Below, in pieces: positions 20,118 through 27,940 of a stretch of 64,000 bases of DNA. Origin of the DNA: an uncultured Ruficoccus sp. GTDB taxonomy: Bacteria > Verrucomicrobiota > Verrucomicrobiia > Opitutales > Cerasicoccaceae. Every line of letters starts with the position of its first letter. The stretch's first letter is position 1. The notes below the pieces were generated by a model. It was given only the letters and a program-made list of their open reading frames with translations, was not told the DNA's origin and made no database searches. Where the stretch lies: the NCBI GenBank assembly GCA_965140785.1, contig OZ223481.1, positions 608,001 through 672,000 of the forward strand, in the 5' to 3' direction. Position numbers and translations under genes: made by a program.

Positions 20118-21162
20118 TGAGCCTCCCGAAAGTGGTCCATTGCTGATGAGATGATTTTCTGTCAGATGACAGATAATCGAGTATGAAACGAGGAAGACGA
20201 AGCACCGAAGAGATCATCCGCATCCTTCGCGCGAGCGAAGGGCTAAACGTCGAGGATGCCTGCCGCGAGCACGGTATCAGCACGGCGACGTACCATCGCT
20301 ACAAGCGCCAGTATGGGGGGTTGGATGTGAAGGAGGCACAGCGGCTACGGGACTTGGAGAAGGAGTTCACGAGCGTAGCGAGAAGGCCTGACACTCCGAG
20401 TTGAAGAAGCTGCTTGCCGACCAGTTGCTCAAGACCAAAGCCCTTGAGATTGCGTTGGAAAAAAACGCCTGAGCCCGGATCACCAGCGCGGGGCGGCCGC
20501 CAAGGTCGTCGCCGCGCTTCGGTGCTCCGGGAGACAAGTGTGCCGGTGGCTGGACATTCATCGATCAACCTATCGTTACCAACCCAAGCCGCTGCCCGAG
20601 AAGAAGCGGCTGCTCGAAGCCCAGATCGTGAAGATGAGCCAAGGTCACGCGCAAACTGCGAGAGGCCGGTTGGGCCGTGGGCAAGAAGCTGGTGCAACGC
20701 GTACGTCGACAAGAGGGCCTGCAAGTGCCTGCTCCTAAACCACGCACACGTCGTCAGGGCTTGTCGACCGGACTGCCGCAGCAGGCCACGCATCGCAACC
20801 ATGTCTGGGCCTGGGACTTCGTCTCCGACCATACTCAGCGCGGCGGCGCCCTGCGTTGCGTTAACCTCATCGACGAGTTTACGCGGGAGTGTCATTGCAT
20901 CCATGCGGATCGCTCGATCAAGGCCGATGATGTACTCGCCGTGCTCAAGCAGGCAATCGCCACCCATGGCGCGCCCGAGTATATCCGCTCCGATAATGGG
21001 CCTGAGTTTATCGCCAGGCCCATTAAGCGCTGGTTGGCCGACAACCAGATCAAGACGCTCTATATCGATCCGGGGTGCCCTTGGCAGAATGGCTACGTCG
21101 AATCCTTCAACAGCCGCTTCCGGCAGGAGTGTCTGGATCGCGAACTGCTCTATACCCTCAGC
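20118..21162 (+). mobile_element. Degenerate IS3-family element (orfA disrupted, orfB truncated)
   Basis: TG start; orfA ACREHGISTATYHRYK; orfB VWAWDFV, IRSDNGPEF, PWQNGYVESFN, cut off after LLYTLS. Confidence 0.85.
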
Positions 21163-21440
21163 GTAAGCGTCACGTGTAGCACCATCGGATATGGCTTGTC
21201 TTGGCCCTTGTGGTCGTATGTGGGCGAGCTACGACGGTTATGACAGTTACGACTCAGGCTGCGTGCGGCGCTGTGAGCCGTTTGCTTTTGGCAATGGCGA
21301 CAGGAGTCATACTCGGGATGCGTCGAGTGGTGGCAGCCGGGAGGGTTTTGAGCAGGAAGAGGATGTAGGGGTCGAGGCCGTGTCGCTTGGCGGACTCGAT
21401 GAGGGTGGAGAGGATGGCGGAGGTTTCCGAGTCGATCATC
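21163..21440 (-). mobile_element. IS66-family right-end remnant (TnpC C-terminus plus IR)
   Basis: GTAAGCGT at the IS3 breakpoint; SAILSTLIESAKRHGLDPY matches the IS66 C-terminal motif. Confidence 0.7.
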
Positions 21441-21446
21441 ATATCC

Positions 21447-21555
21447 CAGCTAAAAGTAAAGTCCCCCCTCTTGCTGCCCCTGCATACGAGGCGAGTACGG
21501 AAGGGGAGCTTTTCTGGGAATGTAAACCATGGTTTACACTTTGGTGGTCGGCATG
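21447..21555. repeat. ~105-bp direct repeat, copy 1
   Basis: Near-identical to 22189-22293; perfect palindrome TGTAAACCATGGTTTACA at 21521-21538. Confidence 0.92.
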
Positions 21556-21630
21556 CTGACCCAAACGTAGAAGTGCAATTAACATTTAAATTATTGACAT
21601 GACCCCTTCCTCTCCTGCAATGACACTGTT

Positions 21631-22067
21631 ATGACTACCGATAGGTTTGAAAAAAAGCTCTTCGAGAAGTAAAAAAAGAACAACCGGATTTTCAAAAAGC
21701 AGTTCGGATTCTAGAAGAAGGCATAGCCTTGGGGTCGGGTGAGTGCTCTTACGCGCTGGGAACGTGGTACCTTCATGGCGAACATGTCAAAAAAAACATG
21801 AGACGTGCAATATCTCTGTTGAGAATAGGGGTAAAGTGTGGAATTGCAAATGCTTGCTACGATTTAGCAGTATGCTATGAAAATGGAGCCGGTGTAAGGA
21901 AAAATTTATCCAAAGCATTTGAGTTATATACATTGGCAATGTTAAATGGAGATAAGCAATCGATTATGGAAATTGGGAGGTGTTTCTATTATGGGATAGG
22001 AGTTGAGGTAAATAGGAAGGTCGCTAGAGTATGGCTTGATCACGCCAATGCGTTAGGTCTAAAATAG
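21631..22067 (+). CDS. Sel1-like repeat protein (frameshift in A7 run at 21650-21656)
   Basis: YALGTWYLHGEHVKKN, YDLAVCYENGAGVRKN, EIGRCFYYGIGV; AT-rich; ATG at 21631 is out of frame by one base. Confidence 0.8.
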
Positions 22068-22095
22068 AGGCTTACAAGCAGACAGCATTCTTGTG

Positions 22096-22190
22096 GTGCA
22101 GCCACAGTTTCAGCTTCTCTTGTGCATGTTGGCGGGTTGGATGAATCGCCAACAGCAGCAGCTGATCGAGTATTTTCAGGTGGTGCGTCA
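22096..22190 (+). pseudogene. N-terminal fragment of an integrase-core (rve) transposase
   Basis: Reads VQPQFQLLLCMLAGWMNRQQQQLIEYFQ; same family as 6372-6479. Confidence 0.6.
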
Positions 22191-22293
22191 GCTAAAGAAA
22201 AGCCCCTCTTGCTGCCCCTGCATACGAGGCGAGTACGGAAGGGGATCTTTTCTGGGAATGTAAACCATGGTTTACACTGTGGTAGTCGGCATG
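22189..22293. repeat. ~105-bp direct repeat, copy 2
   Basis: Matches 21447-21555; palindrome at 22259-22276. Confidence 0.92.
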
Positions 22294-22330
22294 TCTTGGC
22301 ACTCTTGAGGGCGCGGGTGTCCGCTTCTGC

Positions 22331-23101
22331 TCAGTTCAGCCCTAAGGTTTTGTCGAGGAGTTGGTGGAGGCGGTGGGTGCGTTCGGGGAGGAGGCCGATG
22401 CGGCCCTTGAAGACCTCGGTGAAGGCGTTCTGGAGGCTCCAGGCGGTGCGGGGCTTAAAAACCTCATGCCGGGGGTGGCGCCATTCGTGCAGGACTTTGG
22501 GGATGTACCCGTTGGCCATGACACCGGCATCCACAGCGCGGATGATGAGGTCGTGGGCGCAGCGGTCGTTGAGGCGGACGCGGCGGTAATAATCGACCCG
22601 CCGGTCGTGTCGGTCCCAGTAGCGTTTGAGGCCCGCGACAGCATCCATGGCCAGCGCGGGCAGGTCTTGAAGGATGCGCGGGGTGTGTTTGCGAGCGAGT
22701 TGTATCTCCCCGGAGAAAGAGAGATTGTCGCAGACGAGGACTTGGCTTCCGGCAACGACCCCGGCGGAGAAGCGTTGGTCATGGCTGTTGCGCACACCGA
22801 CGACGTAGTTGTATTCGAGTCCCGATACGTGGGCGTCGATTTCGAGCAGGCCAAAGTACCGGGCGCGGTCATGGGTGAGCCCGTGGGCCTGTCCGGCGAC
22901 GGTAAAACCCTGTTCGAGCAAGGCGATCTCGACGACCTGCAAGAGCTGGATGTGCGGAATGGGCCTCCACGTGCGGGTGGCACGGGGCGTTTCGGTCTGG
23001 GCAAGTTCGCTCAGGCTGATGGCATGGCTACCGTGGTGCAGGAGCAGGTTGCAGCGCTTGGGAGCGGCGGGTGAGACGGGTTCGAGGGTGTCTGTGATCA
23101 T
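22331..23101 (-). CDS. DUF932-family phage/plasmid protein
   Basis: TWRPIPH, RNSHDQRFSAGVVAG...VCDNLSFSG, RKHT, TAWSLQNAFTE. Confidence 0.82.
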   Translation of the reverse strand: MITDTLEPVSPAAPKRCNLLLHHGSHAISLSELAQTETPRATRTWRPIPHIQLLQVVEIALLEQGFTVAGQAHGLTHDRARYFGLLEIDAHVSGLEYNYVVGVRNSHDQRFSAGVVAGSQVLVCDNLSFSGEIQLARKHTPRILQDLPALAMDAVAGLKRYWDRHDRRVDYYRRVRLNDRCAHDLIIRAVDAGVMANGYIPKVLHEWRHPRHEVFKPRTAWSLQNAFTEVFKGRIGLLPERTHRLHQLLDKTLGLN

Positions 23102-23130
23102 GGTTTTTGTGGGTTGGATTTGAGGGTTAA

Positions 23131-23243
23131 AAACTACGAAAAATGTTCGATTTTCGTAGTTATTGGAAAATGCTTACCAGCCTGCATGGTCGATGAATAA
23201 AGGCCCCGTTCGTCGCGGTGTCGTAACCGGGTATGGGTATCCC
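23131..23243. repeat. Hairpin + 19-mer module, copy 2
   Basis: AACTACGAAAA-atgttcga-TTTTCGTAGTT (23132-23161), then CGTAACCGGGTATGGGTAT (23222-23240). Confidence 0.85.
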
Positions 23244-23311
23244 AGATGGCTTTTACGGCACCGGGCGGCATCGGTGAGGTGGGCAGGCTGATGGAGGGTG
23301 CGGGAAAAGAC

Positions 23312-23346
23312 AAAAACCCCGCCCCGGTGGAAGGGCCGGAGCGGGG
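23312..23346 (-). terminator. Intrinsic terminator-like hairpin
   Basis: Minus strand CCCCGCTCCGG...CCGGGGCGGGG followed by TTTTT. Confidence 0.6.
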
Positions 23347-23374
23347 CTGTATTGACCTGTCATGACATGCAGGC

Positions 23375-23611
23375 TCAGCGGTAGCGTTCGCGCTCCCGTT
23401 CGTACTCGGGGTATTCCGGCATGAAGGGCGAACGCCTCACGGCCCCCACTGCGTAGCCGATGGCCCCGATGAGGACGGCCACGGAGATGACCAGGAACGG
23501 ACTGAGTGCTTCCTTGGCCTCGTTGACGGCTCCGATGGCTACGGGCCCCACAAGCGTCCCGACGCTGTAGGCCGTGAGCGCGACGAGTGCGAGCTTAAGG
23601 ACGGCATTCAT
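23375..23611 (-). CDS. Small membrane protein
   Basis: 78 aa, two hydrophobic segments, overlaps the upstream ORF. Confidence 0.6.
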   Translation of the reverse strand: MNAVLKLALVALTAYSVGTLVGPVAIGAVNEAKEALSPFLVISVAVLIGAIGYAVGAVRRSPFMPEYPEYERERERYR

Positions 23612-23867
23612 GGTCGGGCGGGTTGCGGGGATTGTTCCTGGCCGGGAGGTACGGAGCCCGATGCTTATACCGGGCCGCCCGTACGAGGCTGCTTCCCCAG
23701 ATCAGTGAGCAGGCGACCGAACAGCCCCCGACCCAGTACAGGGCATGAACCAGGGGAAGGAGGGACGGCTGCTCGACGGGTGGAGGCGCGGGTGGCTCGT
23801 CGTGGTCGTTGAGCATGAAGAGGCCCGCCCCCAGGCTGAGCGCGGCGATTATGATGGTCTGGATCAT
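23595..23867 (-). CDS. Small membrane protein
   Basis: MIQTIIIAALSLGAGLFML...; ATGA overlap with the nuclease stop. Confidence 0.55.
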   Translation of the reverse strand: MIQTIIIAALSLGAGLFMLNDHDEPPAPPPVEQPSLLPLVHALYWVGGCSVACSLIWGSSLVRAARYKHRAPYLPARNNPRNPPDHECRP

Positions 23868-24685
23868 CGCTCGCCTCCCGTCCATTTCGCGCACCGGGAA
23901 CGGAAGCTGCACCAGGCGCAGTGCATCCCCGGCTGCGGGTGGAAACGCTCGTGGTAGATGCCGTCCACCGCCGCGCAGGCGATGTCGAGCACGCGTTGCT
24001 TTTCCTTATCGGTGGCCGCAGGGAGTCGGTGGACGATAACCTTTGGTTTCTTGGTTTTCACGAGGAAGACCAGTTCGCGTCCCTCGACGTGTTCGTCGGT
24101 GGCCGATTCGATCAGCAGTTGGTAGAGCGTGAGCTGGACCTCGTGCTGGAAGGCTTCGAGCTGGACATCCGGTGTGCTCGCACAGGTCTTGTAATCGACC
24201 GGCACGTTGCCCGGACGCACGAGGTCAATGTAGCCGAGTACCGGGCTGGGAATCGCCGGCAGGTCCTCCTCCAACTGGACCTCGACGCCCAGCGGAAGCT
24301 CCTCCATCCGTCCATGGTCGGAGTCCAGGTAAGCTTCGACGATGGCAACGCCTTTGTCGTGGTTGGTCTGACGTGTATTCGTATTTGGATACGAGGCGGC
24401 CTCTGCCGGCGCATTAAACGCCGCCGTGAAGGCCTTGAGCACCGTCTCCTTGTCATGGCACTCGCCGCGCCAGCGAGCGCGGTGGAAGTGCTGGAGGGCG
24501 GCATGGACAGCCTTGCCCAGGTGCAGGCTGGGTGAGATCGGTTCGGGCAGCTTGAGGACTTTTTTGTACCAGAACTTCAACGGGCAGGTCAGGTAGAGCT
24601 TGATCGAGCTCGCGGAGATGTGGGCGAGCAGGCCGTCGGTCGATGGCTGCTGGCCGTTGCGGTTGTGTTCGAGCGGCTGGATCAT
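23864..24685 (-). CDS. PD-(D/E)XK nuclease, Cas4/RecB-like
   Basis: HISASSIKLYLTCP, GKAVH, GYIDLV, VDYKT, QLTLY, HCAWCSFRSRC; ATG at 24685 overlaps the upstream stop. Confidence 0.88.
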   Translation of the reverse strand: MIQPLEHNRNGQQPSTDGLLAHISASSIKLYLTCPLKFWYKKVLKLPEPISPSLHLGKAVHAALQHFHRARWRGECHDKETVLKAFTAAFNAPAEAASYPNTNTRQTNHDKGVAIVEAYLDSDHGRMEELPLGVEVQLEEDLPAIPSPVLGYIDLVRPGNVPVDYKTCASTPDVQLEAFQHEVQLTLYQLLIESATDEHVEGRELVFLVKTKKPKVIVHRLPAATDKEKQRVLDIACAAVDGIYHERFHPQPGMHCAWCSFRSRCAKWTGGER

Positions 24686-25155
24686 GAGCGTGCCCTTCCT
24701 TTGGTCGGGCCGTAGGTGCCGATCAATTCGTCGATCAGCCCCGAGGCCTGCATCTTGTTCAGGTGCGCGAGCGGGGCGCGGAAGCGGCTTTGGGCCAGCT
24801 CCTCCAGTGCGTCGCGGGTGATGCCGTGGTCTTTCATCAGCCGTTCGATCAGGCCCTTTTGTTTGAGGGAGCAGGCCCATTCTCCCGGCTGACGGTTGAC
24901 GTTTACCCGGCCCGGCGGGACTCCCATGGAGATCGCCGGTGACGGGGCTCCAGTTCGGGGCGGGGAGGGGAGGAATCCGGTTTGCTGGATGTCCCGGTCC
25001 ACCGCGTCCTGGAGTTGCCGATACAGGTGCGTGCTGGCTTCGTGGATGTGCGCGAGGTCGTTGACCTCCGTGCGCACGGTGATCGAGTATTGATGAGATG
25101 AATACGCGGGCAGCCCCAGTTTTTTCGAGTAGTTGGCTTCGAGCGTGATCGCCAT
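24682..25155 (-). CDS. Hypothetical mobile-element protein
   Basis: MAITLEANYSKKLGLPAYSSHQ..., CSLKQKGLI, LNKMQASGLID; AAGGA RBS upstream. Confidence 0.75.
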   Translation of the reverse strand: MAITLEANYSKKLGLPAYSSHQYSITVRTEVNDLAHIHEASTHLYRQLQDAVDRDIQQTGFLPSPPRTGAPSPAISMGVPPGRVNVNRQPGEWACSLKQKGLIERLMKDHGITRDALEELAQSRFRAPLAHLNKMQASGLIDELIGTYGPTKGRARS

Positions 25156-25187
25156 AATGGTTCCTTTGCTTGCGACCGTGCAGGTAC

Positions 25188-25222
25188 AAAAAAGCCCGGC
25201 GAGGGGTCGGCTCGCCGGGCTT
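25188..25222 (-). terminator. Terminator-like hairpin ~30 nt upstream of the 25155 start
   Basis: AAGCCCGGCGAG-ccgacc-cCTCGCCGGGCTT followed by TTTT on the minus strand. Confidence 0.7.
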
Positions 25223-25613
25223 CTGATAGCGGGTCAGTCCGCCATCATGGATATATAGCGCACTTGCGGGTTTTATTGCAGGACGAGGGCAGTTCGATTG
25301 GGCCTGTTTGGTTGAGGTGTCAAAAACCGCAGTATCCGATGGTTAATCGCCTGTGGGCCAGCTCAGGATTTTTTCGTTAAAAACAAATGGTTAACTTTAT
25401 CTTGTTTTTGGAAATGCCTGTCGCGTCGGAAGGGGGGTGTGTTGCGCCTCATTTGTCATTTTTTTTGGCCCACTTTCACGGGGAAAAAGGGCCTTGCTCG
25501 CGAAATTGGACCCTTGTTCGGGATCGATTCGACCTTGCTCAGGTTTTCCAATGGCCGGTTTTCGGGAGCGTTGTGGAATTGCATTTACGGGCGGCAGGCG
25601 TCAAAACTTCTGG

Positions 25614-26033
25614 ATGGCTCCTGATGAGTTGACGCCGCCCTATCCCTTTTCCCACAGAACAAGTCCCGAAGATCTGCGGGCCTATCATGAGGCAATGGAA
25701 CGGGATGCAGTCACCTCGCTTTTTCGGAGATGGGCTCAAGAAGAGGAGGCCCGGGATGCCGAGCTTGAGCGCAAGGAGCAGGAGCAACTCGTGAAGCGCG
25801 AACTGCAAGACACGCTGCGTAAGCTGGCAGATAATAGCGACGCGATGAAGACCGCCTCCGCGTTGAATCATAAAATCTGGATGGGACGGCAGGAGGCTGC
25901 GGACTATCTGGGGATTTCAACACGGACGCTCGACCGAAAGCGGGAAACGGGGACGCTACGTGGCTATCTCGTGGAGGGGACGAAAGCTTATCGTTTTAAG
26001 CGTTCAGATTTAGACGCATTGATGGAGGGCTGA
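25614..26033 (+). CDS. Excisionase-like HTH protein
   Basis: WMGRQEAADYLGISTRTLDR...YRFKRSDLD; convergent with the integrase. Confidence 0.8.
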   Translation: MAPDELTPPYPFSHRTSPEDLRAYHEAMERDAVTSLFRRWAQEEEARDAELERKEQEQLVKRELQDTLRKLADNSDAMKTASALNHKIWMGRQEAADYLGISTRTLDRKRETGTLRGYLVEGTKAYRFKRSDLDALMEG

Positions 26034-26058
26034 AGGGACTGACGCTTCGGCTTGTGTA

Positions 26059-27432
26059 TCAAGTAGGCGTAGGTTCCTTTCGGCTCCAGTGTCCGCGTGG
26101 CGTGGATTTGAGGCCGAGTTTTTTGAGGTGTTTCCTGACCGCTTGATCGGAAACGCCCAAGGCGCAGGCGATATGGGTGACGGGTTGCTGCTTGACCAGC
26201 ACTTTCAGATCTTCACGCGACGGCCAGTCGGCCTTGTGTGCATGGGGATCGACTTTGCGTTGTAGCGTGTAGGTAGTCTGGGAGGGAGTGATAGCGAAAA
26301 AGGCTTTTCCCGCGGCATTCGGGGCCATGCCCTTGTAAAACTCCTCCAGCGTCTGTTGGCTGCGGTGGCCAGTCCATCCGCAGACTTTTCCGGGGTTGGA
26401 GGTGAAGGCGACCCCATAAGTGGCAAAACTGTGACGGGCGGCATTGTGGGGATACTGGATACCGGCGCTTACGCAAAGCCGATGACGGCGTCGATCGAGG
26501 TTCTGCTTGTCCAGCATGACATGGCTGTTGTCGTCCAGGAAGGGCTTTAGCCAAGACCAGAGCGTACCGGGCAGCTTCTCAATGTAGCGAGGGAGCGGGC
26601 GTCCCTTGCGCTTTCTCTTGGCTACCTCGGGGCGTATGTTAATCGCCTTGTCCTCAACATGAATGTCCTCGGGGGAGAGGCGTTTGATTTCCTCGGTCCT
26701 GATTCCGGCGAAGAAGGCCAGAGCCAGGCAGGGGAGAAGACCAGGGTCTTTCTTTTCGGCCTCGCGGAAGAGCTTTTCGACATCGTCAACACGGAGGAAC
26801 TCCTTGGCCGGCGCATCTTCGCGTTTGTATTCGAGGGCTTCCGCAGGCGAGTTGGAGATGAAGCGGAACTGCCGCTTGGTACACCATTTGAAAAACGTCT
26901 TATAGGCGCGAAGGTAGTTGTTGTAGGTTGTGTCGGAGAAGGGGAGGTCGTCCAGGAGCTCTTCGAGCATTTCGGGTGTAATATCCCGGATGGGTAATGT
27001 GCCGAGCGATTCACTGAGAAGGTTGAAGGTGGATTTCATCCCGGCGACCGTCGTATCCCGAAAATCCGGATAGGCCTTGTCTTCGTACTGCTTGAGCGCG
27101 TCGGTGAGGGTGATCCCTTCGTCCTGGGGATGCCTTTCAATCCAGAACTTAGCGGCGTCTCGCAGGTCAATATCCTTCAAGATGGCTTTTGCCTCCCGGT
27201 ATTCTGCCAGTTCCGCCTGGGTCAGGTTTCCGCTGATTCCCAGCTCCTGATGGGTCTGTCTTTGTTGCCGGAGCCAGGCCTCCGCCGCCCCTTTGGTGGC
27301 AACGGTTTTCTCCTTTTGGGCATAGATGCGTTTGCCCGTTGGGGAAAGGCGCGTCGTAGGGATTTGCGCCCGGGCTTTCCACTTACCATTCGGCAGTTGG
27401 CAGGGGTTGGGCCGGGTAGGAGAGGCGGTCAC
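26059..27432 (-). CDS. Tyrosine integrase with a C-terminal HTH extension
   Basis: AGIRTEE (R), HNAARHSFATY (HxxR), TGH, FY (Y); adjacent to the att/tRNA. Confidence 0.92.
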   Translation of the reverse strand: MTASPTRPNPCQLPNGKWKARAQIPTTRLSPTGKRIYAQKEKTVATKGAAEAWLRQQRQTHQELGISGNLTQAELAEYREAKAILKDIDLRDAAKFWIERHPQDEGITLTDALKQYEDKAYPDFRDTTVAGMKSTFNLLSESLGTLPIRDITPEMLEELLDDLPFSDTTYNNYLRAYKTFFKWCTKRQFRFISNSPAEALEYKREDAPAKEFLRVDDVEKLFREAEKKDPGLLPCLALAFFAGIRTEEIKRLSPEDIHVEDKAINIRPEVAKRKRKGRPLPRYIEKLPGTLWSWLKPFLDDNSHVMLDKQNLDRRRHRLCVSAGIQYPHNAARHSFATYGVAFTSNPGKVCGWTGHRSQQTLEEFYKGMAPNAAGKAFFAITPSQTTYTLQRKVDPHAHKADWPSREDLKVLVKQQPVTHIACALGVSDQAVRKHLKKLGLKSTPRGHWSRKEPTPT

Positions 27433-27474
27433 ATACCTAGTGAATCGAACCCGCCTCGATTTTTCAAGTCACTA

Positions 27475-27654
27475 GACCTAAAAAGTCACTAGAAGTCACT
27501 AGGATTTTTGTCCAGTTGAGGCTATTTGGGGCAAATTCAGGGAATGCTTAAAAATCGAAAAATATCGATTAAATGCCCGATATGCAGCGACTTACGCCTA
27601 AAATAGCATGGTGCGAGCGGAGGGAATCGAACCCTCATCTCAGGCTTGGGAAGC
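27475..27654. repeat. Right att direct repeat
   Basis: Matches 277-446; carries AAGTCACTAG at 27483 and 27493, with a third copy at 27466. Confidence 0.95.
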
Positions 27655-27683
27655 CCACATAATAGCCGTTATACGACGCTCGC
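27609..27683 (-). tRNA. tRNA-Gly(CCC)
   Basis: GCGAGCG acceptor stem, anticodon loop TTCCCAA, GGTTCGATTCC T-arm, encoded CCA. Confidence 0.96.
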
Positions 27684-27940
27684 ACGTAAGCCCATCACGA
27701 TAGTGTTCGCGGTGACGCTGTAAAGGGTGATTCCGTAGGGGAGTGAAGAAATGCGAGTGAGAGAGCAAGGAATAACGAAGGAGTGGGAACTTCCGGCAGA
27801 CGCGGTGTAATGTAAAATATATGCTAAAGCCGTGCATTAAAAACCCTTGCCTGCGATGGCTTTAGACTGGCCAAGGTGTCTGGGCAGGAGGTAGCTTGGG
27901 TGCCTGCTCTATCTCCTGTTGAACGTCATTTTGAAGCCAC

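Larger units (their letters stand above)
277..27654. mobile_element. tRNA-Gly-integrated element encoding a piPolB-like polymerase (pipolin-like)
   Basis: Terminal direct repeats overlapping the tRNA 3' end; tyrosine integrase next to the tRNA; excisionase-like gene; PolB with TTDG motif C; much of it visibly lower in GC than the flanking core genes. Confidence 0.88.

Noticed and set aside
21650..21656. Phase variation of the Sel1 gene at an A7 tract
   Set aside because: The tract is short, and similar indels hit housekeeping genes, so sequencing error is simpler
21447..22293. CRISPR array or integron attC sites
   Set aside because: Only two ~105-bp copies separated by a gene; no cas genes or IntI; no attC core motifs
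1636..24685. Casposon (PolB plus Cas4-like nuclease)
   Set aside because: No Cas1 and no terminal inverted repeats; the element has a tyrosine integrase and direct att repeats
23864..25189. 441-aa nuclease as given in the ORF track
   Set aside because: The N-terminal part overlaps the 24682-25155 gene in another frame; the real start is probably ATG 24685
277..27654. Prophage or conjugative ICE
   Set aside because: No capsid, terminase, tail, relaxase or T4SS genes recognised
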